64,000 nt of DNA from Macrostomum hystrix (taxonomy: Eukaryota; Animalia; Platyhelminthes), in contig CATNEN010000001.1 of the NCBI GenBank assembly GCA_950097015.1, positions 23,250,001-23,314,000 on the forward strand, in the 5' to 3' direction. The notes beneath the pieces are model-generated. The model saw nothing but the letters and a program-made list of their open reading frames with translations. It searched no databases and was not told where the DNA came from. The position numbers were made by a program, and so were the translations under genes. How positions within the stretch are numbered: position 1 is the stretch's first letter; each line of letters starts with the position of its first letter. Below, one piece after another: positions 37,474 through 51,593 of this stretch.

Positions 37474-40289
37474 GTGAGTTTATTTGACGGAACTAACGCG
37501 AATTTTCTGCTTCGCGACTCTACCCTTTAACTGAGGGACTGAATAATGCTGCTGACCACACCCCTATATTATGCATTTTCTATTGTCTAAAAGGATGCAA
37601 ATGGGGCACGCACACGTATGCAACAGTATTATATTAAGACTTCCTAATTAAAGAGATTTTATCCCCCATTTCATTTCGCAGATTACATTCTCCCGAGACG
37701 GGCAATACAGGAGCCAGCAGGTCCTCACTTCTACGCCTAGAGCTGATGTGGCTGAGCATTACGGCGACTCGCGAATATCTATGGACGAGTAATTGGTTCG
37801 GACAAGGATTTCAACCTGAACTACTCAGATTGAGTGCAGCATGGGTGAGACAGTTGCTGTGTAATTGTGTCTGTGAGATGTTGCAGTGAGTCGCCATCAC
37901 AAGTTGAGCCGCCTGATGTGTAAATGGTGCATGATAGTTGAGCTCTGCCCATTGGCCCAATGAGTCACATCAGCGTAAATCCTGTTCATTTTGGAGCAGG
38001 TTGACTGCATATCAATGGGCCTTGAGAGACGTGGTTGAAATACGTGTTCGCTGCTTATCACGATTCAGAGGTTCTTCCACGCTAAAATGGAGGGTATGCA
38101 GCCATGGTCTGAAGCAGCCTAATCGCAGACCTTAAATCTTGTGATGGCCGACTAAGCATGTTGAGCTGTGCTGTGGCAAGAGTGAATGAACTTGCTTAAT
38201 GCCGACCCCGGCTGTGAATGCTTTCCAAGCAGTACAAAGCGTTTTGTGTGATATTGAGTGCGTGAACTTAACTTGCCCCAGTGAATGCCTCTGACCAGCA
38301 GTGCAGAGTAAAGCAAGCCAACAAGCAGTAGGATTGACACCATTATTCTTGCAGTCAAATGCAATGAACTGTGTAATGATACTGTCTTGTTGGCGGAGCC
38401 TTCTGCAAGTTCATCATCATGTTTACTGTTTGTGTAAATATTTTTAGGTGCAATGCAGTTTTTTCTTTTTTAATTGAATTGAATTCTCTACATTTGCAGT
38501 TTCTTTTCTTATAACGTCATATGATACGTTATTTGTATAATAATAATTTTGCCGAATGCTCACTCAATTGTTGTTGTTTTGTTGTTTTCGATGTGTTTTG
38601 TAATTGAAGAAATACAAATAAATGTTTTAGCCTCATGAATTTCATGAATCATTAGACCAGTCCCATGATTCATGAATCTACTACACTCCTGGTACCTGCC
38701 TTATTCTATTTTAAAAGGCATTGTCAGGCATGCATTTGTAATGAAGAATGATACATAATGGATTACTAAGAAAATAGGTCAGATGAGAAATAGGATCTGA
38801 TGAGAACTGGAATCATTAAGAAAAAGAAAGGAGATTAGAAATTGATCCATTGTTATTTAATTAGCCATTGATATTAGCTATCCATTATGAACTATCAAAA
38901 TGGGATCTAATTTGAAATATACTTTTATGTAAAATGGGATTTGATTCAAAATAAGATTTGACAATGTGAATGAGGCATATAAGAAAAGAGAAGTCTGCTG
39001 AGGAGTGTGACTAGAAAAGAGAGTGGGAATTTAGTATGATACTGATATATCATATATCATAGCTATATATAGCCAGTGTTAGCTTTATTAAAAGCGTCAA
39101 ACCAAAGGTCGAAGGATGTAGCTCCAGTTGCTTTTGCAAAGTCCATTCACAATGAGATAGCTGCATTGAACTGACTCTTTAAGTTATTTATTATAATAAG
39201 AGGGCCTCATTCAAGGGCAATAGTTGCAATGCGGAGCTACTTATTGTTCGGAACGTTGCAGTCGCAGTTAGTACGATGAGCAGGGCTTAGAAATTCACTT
39301 ACAAATGAAGAAAGTAAAAAATTTGTCTGAATGTGTATAAATCTGTAGTACACATGAGCAATACAAGCAACAAGAAAATCGGAATAAAGCAAATCATTTC
39401 TTTGATAGTCGGAATTTCTTGGAATAAAATTAAATTTCATTTTCAGTAACAACTAAAAAAGTGCTCTGAACAATTTTATGTATAAAATGAGTAAGATAAT
39501 TTTATTAAAAACGTTGACATATAAAAGCTCCAAACAAAGAAACCGTAAAAAAGTTGATAGTTTTGTTTTACCTAAAAATGCGTTATTAACGATCTCCCAA
39601 AAATTCCTATTTTAAATAGAGAAAATTATCGTCTTATTTTCACTTTTAAGTTACTGAATATGGCTCCCCGAAGGGGGGCTAAAACTTGCTAGTCTTAATA
39701 TACTAAAAATGAAATGGTTGCTTGGTTGGTTGGCTGGTTGTAATTGATTTTCTCCCGAACGGCTCAACCGATTTTCACCATTTCTTCACCAAAAGATGCC
39801 AAATATGGGGACAATTATACACGTATTTTTATTAAGCTTAACTTTATTGCTAAAGGGATTAAATATACGAAAAACATGATTTTTTCAAAGGTCAAACCAT
39901 CTTGGCCTATTGAGAATTTCACTGACAGCCACTGAATTAGAATTGCATCGTCAAATTCTAAGTTCTAAGTTCTAAATTTGAAGCCTGCACTCTGGAGACA
40001 AATTTGAAATAAATGTACACAACCAACCGCGAGACTGAGTGTACTCTATTTTCTTACTTCATTGTACAATGCCAGAACTTTAAGAATTCATTTTAAAAGG
40101 CTGATTTTTGCACCCACTAACCAACAGTCGGAATAGCCGATGTGTAGGCACTAGGAATAAGTTAGGCTAGGCTAGGGTTCGATTCTGCACTGCGTCAAAT
40201 CATTTAGACTAATTTTAAGCCAGTAGTGATTGAAGATTATTTTAATTTATTTTTTTCATTTCGTAAATAAAATATTATAAACCATAGAA

Positions 40290-42460
<2,171 letters not shown>

Positions 42461-44051
42461 TTTACTAATTTAATAAAAAACTAAGCTAAATTTAAAGTGG
42501 TACCGCATCCGGGGGACGAGGGTAAGATGAGTGATGAAAGTAGTGAGTAAAGTAAATAATAGTAAAACCTCTAAAGTAATTTATAACATGTAAAGTAAGA
42601 GGTAAAGTAAGCAATTAAATGTAAAAGTAGTATAAATGCGAATTAAATTCAATTAAATTAAAAGTAGTATAAATGCAGTTAAGTTCAATTCAATTAAAAA
42701 TGCACTTTAAATTCAATAATAGAAATATAATACAAATATGATGATAAAAGTAGTATAAAGCAAATTAATTCAATTAAATAAAAGTAGTATAAATGCAAAT
42801 ATGATGATTAAAGTAGTATAAAGCAATTAAATTCAATAAAAGTAGCAGTCTACAGCACATCATAATTAAAACATGGTTTTATCCCTCTATAAAAAATTAA
42901 AATATAAAACTAAAGGCCTAATAATTGCCAAAGATAAATAAAGTATCTGCAAATTTTGCTTGTCACATTTGTGATATATATTTTTGTGTAAACCTTTTTT
43001 ATACCAATATCAAGACCAAAGCTAGATGGATAAATGTAAAAATAGTACTTGGCAAGGCAATACCTAAGTCTAAGGGTAAGATCTAAGGGTAAGAAGAGCA
43101 ATATGACATGATTTATGATTGTGAAGCTAAGACGAGGAATAAAAATGAAAATATAGAACTAGCTTGGCCTACGAGCAGCATACAATCAACTTTTAAATGG
43201 GCCTATCATTATAATTGTATGTTGAAATTCGTTGGTTAATCTAAAAAGTCAACCAGAATATTCTACAAAACTCGAAATTATAATTAGGCTTACCTTCGAA
43301 AACAGAGAGTGGTTAATGGGCAGCACCTCTGAGTACGTTCTTGTTTTGTTGTACCATAAAAGAAGATAAGCATTCTCAATCCTCTCTAATGGAAACTGCA
43401 TCGCAATAGCGTGATGTCTCTTACCACTGCGACTATGCATACTCAGATAATGAACAACAGAGTCAATCGGTCAGTACGTTGCGTCTTTGCAAAAATCAGA
43501 GCCCTGTGGTCCAAAGCAAAAGCGAAAAGCTGTTTAAATTATCAATAAATTTAAACACAGAAAGTATTTCCTATCTTATTCGGCAAAAAAATTTTGCAGC
43601 AGTCTAATACTCAGCATTACTGCACTATACAAAAACGTTTTCGCCAAAAACAAGATAAAAATTAAGGATACACTTTTGAATGCTTTGGCAAACTAGAAAA
43701 AGGTTTGTTAAGATTTCTAAGATTCTGTGAAGTTCTGCAAAGATTCTATCAGAAATGCAAATGACTACCGAAAGTGCTTATATTCATACTTTTCACATTC
43801 TCTAAATAATCGAATCATTTCTTGAGGCTGTAAGGCTGAATTTAATGTAAAGATTGTTGAAGGAAAATTAGGGTTTTGGAAATTCTTATCTGCTAAATCT
43901 TACATGATCTGTCATTATCTGCGCAAATCTTTCAGATCTGCTAAGATGCATAAGGAAAAGCAGATCTGCTACGAAGGGTTCAGCAGATTGTCATCTAAGG
44001 GTAGCAATTAACTTCTGTGTTAATCACAGAAGTCACAAAGTATAGATATAC

Positions 44052-44327
44052 TTTTTGTTTCCAGCGGTAGCCGGCACGCAGAAAAAACGTCAAAGGCGTG
44101 GAAGACGATCATCGTCAGACCGACGATGGCTAGGAAGAGGATCAGCAATGTACTCCTCAATGTTAACTGCAAACTGCTTAAGGAAGTTTAGCAGAGAGGT
44201 AATGCTCAGTTGCTGCTCTAAAATTGCAATGCAAAAGGTAGAACAAAAGACTAACGTAAAAAGTATAACAGCCATAAGACAATAAGAATGAACTAATAGA
44301 AGCCTCACTCAACAGTTCATCCTCCAT
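44052..44327 (-). pseudogene. First two exons of the older NOF-like transposase gene
   Basis: EEYIADPLPSHRRSDDDRLPRL matches EEYISSPLPSHRRSDDDRLPRL at about 55250. It shows the same layout of a short ATG exon followed by an intron. Confidence 0.8.
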
Positions 44328-47028
44328 AAAAGTACTCGAAATTCAGCCAGCTGAAAAAATATTGAGAGCAATGTCTCAGATTGCCAGAAACAATAATGAT
44401 TGAATTTCATGTTTTCACGTTGAACACTAGATGAATTATCAAAGACATATAGTCTAGTTGTTAGTAGGAACATGAGATGTCCAAGAATAAAGAGGACAAC
44501 AAGAAAGACATGAATTTCATGTTTTTATGTCTGACACTAGGACTAGATATATAACAATAGGCATATGCATATCTAGTGTGAGTATAGTAGGAACATAAAA
44601 ATATACTTGTGGGATTAGGTATCTATAGACACAGTATAATTATGACTCTCGATTTTATGTTAGCAAAGATTATAATAGTCTTTAGTACTTTATATAGAAA
44701 ATTAGAGAGCACTGCACCTATTGCTGATTGGTTTAAAGAAATTCCTAGACTAGGCCTAGGCCTAGATAGTCTTGGGCTAGCATATGAATAATAAACATTT
44801 CATGACTTTCATGAATGACGCTTTGAATATTCAGAAATTTCTTAGTCTTTGTTGGCATATTAGCATAGCAAGATATAAAACATCAGAATAAACTACAAAA
44901 TGTAGCTATATTATTTTTTGTTTTTAAAAACAATTATCATTAGAAGTTAGACTTGACATAATTTATAGAGTTCTTTGTATACTAAGATTTGGGTATAAAT
45001 TGAAAAGAATATAATACATATAAATATTATTTATAAGACTATGACGCTCCTTTTTCATATACTCGTAAATGCAACATGCGACTTAAACGATTGAAAGTCA
45101 TACTGTCTCGTCTCCGCTAATTGTTGTTAAAAAAATTGCGGGAATAACCGATAAGAATAAGTTGCAGCTGCTTCTCAGAACAGTCTATGTAAAAACTCAA
45201 CTGCTTCTATCGTTACTCAAAATCATTGGGAACAATCATATTTCTCACATTTGAGTGTGCGAACTAGGCTTGAAGCAGGGAAAAATTCCATTTGCGGGTG
45301 TGCGGTCTCTACCCCCTGCTACTCTTTCATTGATTGATAAAGACGGATGCTGATGTCGACTTGATTTTCAAGCTGAAGGTTGCTGAAATGTTCCTTTTCA
45401 TTGATACCGCACGTGTTGGTATATGCTTTTTCGTTTCCTCACTGCATAGGTTATTCTTTCATTTTTTGGACAGCCCTCGTGTTTTTGTCCTATTCATCTA
45501 TTCGTTGTCTTATGTTCTCTATTGCAACAAATGTACCTGAAATAAGATTTCACTACTACTTAAAACGAAAAAGTTTACTTGCTAGAAAAAATGAAATCAC
45601 TTGATTTAATTACCCATCGCAGAAACTTCCCGGTCCGCAACAACCACGCCAGCTACCGAATTTTTAATATTGCCTGTGCCACATCTACAACTTAACAATT
45701 TCTGTAAAGCGACCTTAGTTAAGCGTGTGCCATTGCTTTTCGGTGACCTTGTAGGCTGGGCTTCGACGCTGGGGGTGATTAAAAAACCCGGGAATGTAAA
45801 ATACGGTTGCTGGAACGGTAGATGTTATTTTGTAACGTGACAGTGAAAAGGAGATGTGTGCCAATTATAAATTCTTGAACTTGGGACCAAAATACAACAA
45901 ATAGGTAAAAAAAGTGGCAGCTGTTTGGCTTTCAGGCTTTTTTGTTCAGTGTGAAAGGTAAAAATATAGATTTTTTAAACAAAAATCGGTTGCTGCAATT
46001 TACTCAGTGTGGCACAGTTGTGCCAACTCGAAAATATTGACCTAAACGAAGGTATCCATGTGTGCCATACTTCAGAATACATTTACCCACAACATTTCAC
46101 ACCTTTTTGGCAATTTTGTTGTGAGCAGACAATCGGAGCATAATAGCACAAATATTTTCGTTGCATGATCAAGCTCTTGTACGATTATAGCGAGCAAGAC
46201 TAATGCACATAAAATAAATAGTGCGAATAATAAAATACCTTACCATTTGGTTAGCAGCATAAAGCCTTTTTATACTGGTGTTTGTTTACTTCGATAGAAA
46301 AGAATAAATTCAAAATTCAAGACGTTGACCACCCGAGCTACTTTAAACTGCGCAAAGCAAATAAAATAATAGGAATCTCGAATATTGCCTTCCTCCTATG
46401 GGCTTATATATATTTTTGGAGGAATCTCGAACATTGCCTTCCTCCTATGGGCTTGTATATATTTTTGTATATATACTTATATTTATATTTGTATATTTTG
46501 TATATATATATATATATATGTACTCTATAATTTAGTAAAGGTGGTGTTCTAATTTGTCGAAATATTACAGATCCTATACTAGCTATAAGCCTTGCAATGC
46601 CTTAGTTGCCTAGTTGAGGGTGAAGATGCATTTTTACAATGTATGTAGTATTTATAATATAATGCATGCTCCACGAAGTTAATGGTCCTTCTAAATATAG
46701 CTTTTTTCTATGGCCTTCTCTAAGCTGATTTTATAATAGGCCTTTTCCTATAGAAAGGATACTATACTATAAAAAACCTCTGCTAAGTTGTTTGCTTACC
46801 CAAAAGAAAGCAAAAGTTGTTTGCTAAAGAAAAGTAGGCTAATAAATGGATGCATAATTGTGAATATACAAAGATCCATCACCATGTTAATAATGATAGG
46901 CATAAAGGTAAATCTTGAAAGTCTAGTCTATTAATGTAAAAGGATTTATTTTGTCTATAATTAACCAAGGTGTTCTTTTGTCACATTGGTTTTTGGGGGT
47001 AAACTTTGAAGAAAAGTATACTGGTAGC

Positions 47029-48327
47029 CTTGACTTACTTGACTTAGCGGCAGGGGGCCTCCATGACGGACCCAGCGAGGAGGCGGCTGTTGCCGCCCAT
47101 ATCGCTAACCCCTGGCAGCCAGACGGCCTCCAGCGAGGCGGTGCCGCTCAGGGTGGTCCGTCGGTCGGTTCCGCCGCGCGATCTTCCTCGCCATAGGCTG
47201 GGAAGAAATCAGCTCGGCCGGTATCCCGGAGGAAGTGGGCGAGCTGAGGGATGTTCTCGGGCGAGCAGGCTTCGGCAAGAGTCGGTGCCGGCCCGAGGTG
47301 TTTTAGCCTAGCCCGGGTGAAGGCCGGGCAGTGGCAAATGAAATGCTCGGCGTTTTCACGGCCGGAGCAGCAGAAAGGACACGTTTCCTCAGGCACGTGG
47401 CCTTGGAGGTAGCGGTGTCTGGTGAAGCAGCCATGTCCCGAAAGGGCCTGCTAGACCATCTGCTATCCTGCTAGACCATAGGCTTAACTGGACCCCGCAC
47501 ATTACCACAAAGGCCAAGAGGGCCCTGGCCATTCTGGCGCAAGTCAGGCGAGCCGTGGGCACCACTTGGGGGCTAACCCCCAAAAACCTTTGGTGGATTT
47601 ACACGGCGATCATTAGACCGTCAGTCGCTTACGCTGGCCTCATCTGGGCCAGTGCCATGAGCATCCAGAAAAACCTGGAGGCGCTTTATAGGGTGCAGGG
47701 CAGAGCCTGTCGCATGACGCTGGGCGCCCCACCCTCCACTCCCTTTGAAGGCATGAACGCTTTCCTCAACGCTACACCCATTGACATTTTTGTTAAGGGG
47801 GAAGCGGCAAAGTCCACCCGTCGTCTCCTTGATGCGGGTGTATCCTTCCAGAATTCGCGAGCCTTCTCGAAGCGCTCCCTTCTGCCCCACTCTGACCTCT
47901 GCCTGAAAACTCTGGGCGAGTGCGGAGGGCTCACCATCCTTTCGGACGGGGCCCCGGCCACTTTACTCCGGAGCCACAGGTACAAAGTCAGCATCTTCCC
48001 TCGTAATGAGGTAAAGGACTGCTGGGATGACCCCGCAATCCACTGTTACACTGACGGCTCCCTGATGAACGGTAAATCGGGATTCGGGGTGTGCGTCGCC
48101 TCGGGTGGCGAGGTCCTCTGGACCCACTCCCAACACTGTGGCAAGAGCTCAAGCGTTTTCCAAAACGAAATGCTCGCCATCAGTTTCTGTGCGGCTGAGC
48201 TGCGCCAGAGGCAGCTGGCTGGTCGGAGGATCTTTTTTCACTCCGACAGTCAAGCAGCCCTCAAGGCCCTCAGTCGCTGCACCTCTCGCTCCAGAACCAC
48301 CTTGGACTGCAACACCCAGTTAAACGG
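47029..48327 (-). mobile_element. 5'-inverted, truncated copy of the LINE at 1-2333
   Basis: 47029-47448 is the reverse complement of about 1926-2333 plus the tail, and 47469-48327 matches 758-1616. The TSD ATACTGGTAGC occurs at 47018-47028 and 48328-48338. Confidence 0.93.
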
Positions 48328-48404
48328 ATACTGGTAGCAATCTTACTAAATATATTTAGCAGGAATCAAAATGTTGCACTGCAAATGATATTTTGGATTT
48401 GATA

Positions 48405-49332
48405 CTTCGATCCAGCTTGTAACAACTCGATCCAACCTCAATCCAACTTCGATCCAACTTCTAACAACTCGATCCAACCTCAATGCAACCTCGATCCAAC
48501 TTTAATCCAACTTCTAACAACTCGATCCAACCTCAATCCAACTTCTAACAACTCGATCCAACCTCAATGCAACCTCGATCCAACTTTGATCCAACTTCTA
48601 ACAACTCGATCCAACCTCAATCCAACCTCGATCCAACTTTGATCCAACTTCTAACAACTAGATCCAACCTCAATGCAACCTCGATCCAACTTTGATCCAA
48701 CTTCTAACAACTCGATCCAACCTCAATCCAACCTCGATCCAACTTTGATCCAACTTCTAACAACTAGATCCAACCTCAATCCAACATTGATCCAACTTTG
48801 ATCCAGCTTGTAACAACTCGATCCAACCTCAATCCAACCTCGATCCATCCTCAATCCAACTTCTAACAACTCGATCCAACCTCAATGCAACCTCGATCGA
48901 ACTTTGATCCAGCTTGTAACAACTCGATCCAACCTCAATCCAACCTCGATCCAACTTTAATCCAACTTCTAACAACTCGATCCAACCTCAATGCAACCTC
49001 GATCCAACTTTGATCCAACTTCTAACAACTAGATCCAACCTCAATCCAACATTGATCCAACTTTGATCCAACTTCTAACAACTAGATCCAACCTCAATGC
49101 AACCTCGATCCAACTTTGATCCAACTTCTAACAACTCGATCCAACCTCAATCCAACCTCGATCCAACTTTGATCCAACTTCTAACAACTAGATCCAACCT
49201 CAATCCAACATTGATCCAACTTTGATCCAGCTTGTAACAACTCGATCCAACCTCAATCCAACCTCGATCCATCCTCAATCCAACTTCTAACAACTCGATC
49301 CAACCTCAATGCAACCTCGATCCAACTTCGAT
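48405..49332 (+). repeat. Arm-internal tandem array built from GATCCAAC-based units of about 10-11 bp
   Basis: Directly visible; mirrored at 55622-56232. Confidence 0.95.
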
Positions 49333-49757
49333 CGAAGTATATTGATTATCGAATATGATGAAGCATAGCGAAGTGTTATCATATATCCGCCAGTTCTTGT
49401 CTTCAGTTTCGTTTATTTCTTTTCACACTTTTTCAGGAGAAGCTGCTGAAGAGTTCCTGCGACGCAGACCTTCCGGATCCCGGGCCTGTTTTACCCTGTC
49501 CTACGCTGCCGTCTATTGTTGTCTTCTCTCTGTCTGACGGCCAAGCAATTGACACTGTTTGTCAACGTCTCTGTGCGTGTACTCGAGCTTTTAGTGCCCT
49601 GAAGATTCGAGTTCGCGAAGGTTTCCGTCGATGCGGTCACGATCAAGTTGCTGTCGTACAGCTGGTCGCTGATTCGACTAAAGCAGCCTTCCTACACAGT
49701 GTTTACGGCAGCGGTGGAAAGTGCCAGGCGGAGCATAGAAGAAACGGAGCTATTTGG

Positions 49758-50663
49758 TTGCAAGCAGCAGTTCATCCAACAGTTCTAAGTCCGACTGAAA
49801 ATGCTTCTTTCTCTTCGCGCCGTCAGCCTGCAATTTGGCGCTTGCCTTCAAGTCGGCCGGTACAGCGTTTGCGTCAACAGGTACTGCACGATATTCGGCA
49901 GTTGATTGCTGTCGCCGACATCACTGCGCTCCGAACACTATCTGCTTTTATTCGCTGCTTGTCTAGCATGCAGCGAATGCCTCAAAGGCGGCGACGACGA
50001 ACACAGAACGGAAACCAACTGTATGCGGACGAGCGGCAGCAGGAAGAGGAAGAGAGGAAGAAGCAGCAGCAGGAAGAGGAAGAGAGGAAGAAGCAGCAGG
50101 AAGAGGAAGAGAGGAAGAAGCAGCAGCAGGAAGAGGAAGAGAGGAAGAAGCAGCAGGAAGAGGAAGAGAGGAAGTAGCAGCAGCAGGAAGAGGAAGAGAG
50201 GAAGAAGCAGCAGGAAGAGGAAGAGAGGAAGAAGCAGCAGCAGGAAGAGGAAGAGAGGAAGAAGCAGCAGGAAGAGAGGAAGAAGCAGCAGCAGGAAGAG
50301 GAAGAGAGGAAGAAGCAGCAGGAAGAGGAAGAGAGGAAGAAGCAGCAGGAAGAGGAAGAGAGGAAGAAGCAGCAGCAGGAAGAGGAAGAGAGGAAGAAGC
50401 AGCAGCAGGAAGAGGAAGAGAGGAAGAAGCAGCAGCAGGAAGAGGAAGAGAGGAAGAAGCAGCAGCAGGAAGAGGAAGAGAGGAAGAAGCAGCAGCAGCA
50501 GGAAGAGGAAGAGAGGAAGCAGCAGCAGGAAGAGGAAGAGAGGAAGAAGCAGCTGGTTACAAAGACGAGAAAGCGAAATATGGAGATACTCAGTCGGACA
50601 GATCCCTTAGCTCCAAAACGAGCATTGCGGCAGCGTCTGCAGTTGGTCAAGAATAATCGGTAA
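49758..50663 (+). CDS. Unknown ORF with a (QQQEEEERKK)n charged repeat and an in-frame stop at 50175
   Basis: An open frame runs into the 27-30-bp repeat (50035-50552). No domain is recognised and the start is uncertain. Confidence 0.35.
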
Positions 50664-51593
50664 TAAAATCATATGGTAATGTGCTTAAAAAGGTATGCTA
50701 GTACATTTTTACGTCTCCGTTGCAGGCATCTTAGTAACCCTGAAGTCGTATTTTTCTGACAAAAACGTATCCTACATTTATTTGTCTAGTTTCAAATCAA
50801 GTAATGATGTTTATAAACTTGTCTTCCTACAGTAGTTTATAGTCACTAACTATGTATAGATAAGCTCTATGTACTTCAGACAAAAGTGTGACAAAAGTCT
50901 TGAGGTCCCCAATTGTCTGTGCCTCTATACAGATACAAAATATGTATCTATTTACCCTTCCTATATACCCTGATACTTAAAATGCACGTCCCTGCTTTCG
51001 TTCATTTAATATATACTTTTTGCGAGTTTTTCGACGTTAATTCTATTTTACAAGGACTGATGAACTTTGTTTGACTAAGCTTGAAAACCTGGTTCAGTTG
51101 TTCGCTTTACGTACGGTTCTAGTGTAGTAATTTTTCGCAGTAGCTAATTACGCAATGTTACGCAATAATACATGTTGTACTTTGAATGTACTTCTTATTA
51201 GACAGCTGTCACCTTCACGAAAAAGAAAAATAAATTTATTTGGTGAATGTGCACGTTCGGGTGCCTCAATGAAAAAAAGACTGAACAAATTGTGATTTCA
51301 GTACATTTCAATCAACTTTTACTCTGTGCTTTTCACTAACAAAAGGTGGTAAATGCTATTGATTCAATAAAAAGAAACTGGCAGTAAATACAGCACGTAC
51401 ACTTGTGCCTTGACACACGTAGCTAACTGTACAACAACTTTTGGAGAAAACGGCTGCCTATAAACAAGAAGAGAGGTTGGATGGAGTCGTTACAAGCTGG
51501 ATCAAAGTTGGATTGAAGTTGTTTCACGTTACATTGAGTTGTTAGAAGCTGGATCGAAGTTAATATATTCAGAATCGGTCTCAAATTGTATCG

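Larger units (their letters stand above)
27444..39692 (+). mobile_element. Helitron 2 carrying cargo genes (no RepHel recognised)
   Basis: Starts TCTAATATACTAAAAATG with the same 5' segment as Helitron 1. Ends with the hairpin GCTCCCCGAAGGGGGGC followed by CTAG. Confidence 0.8.

Noticed and set aside
49906-50650. Ser/Arg-rich and Cys/Phe-rich ORFs
   Set aside because: They are alternative frames of one purine-rich repeat.
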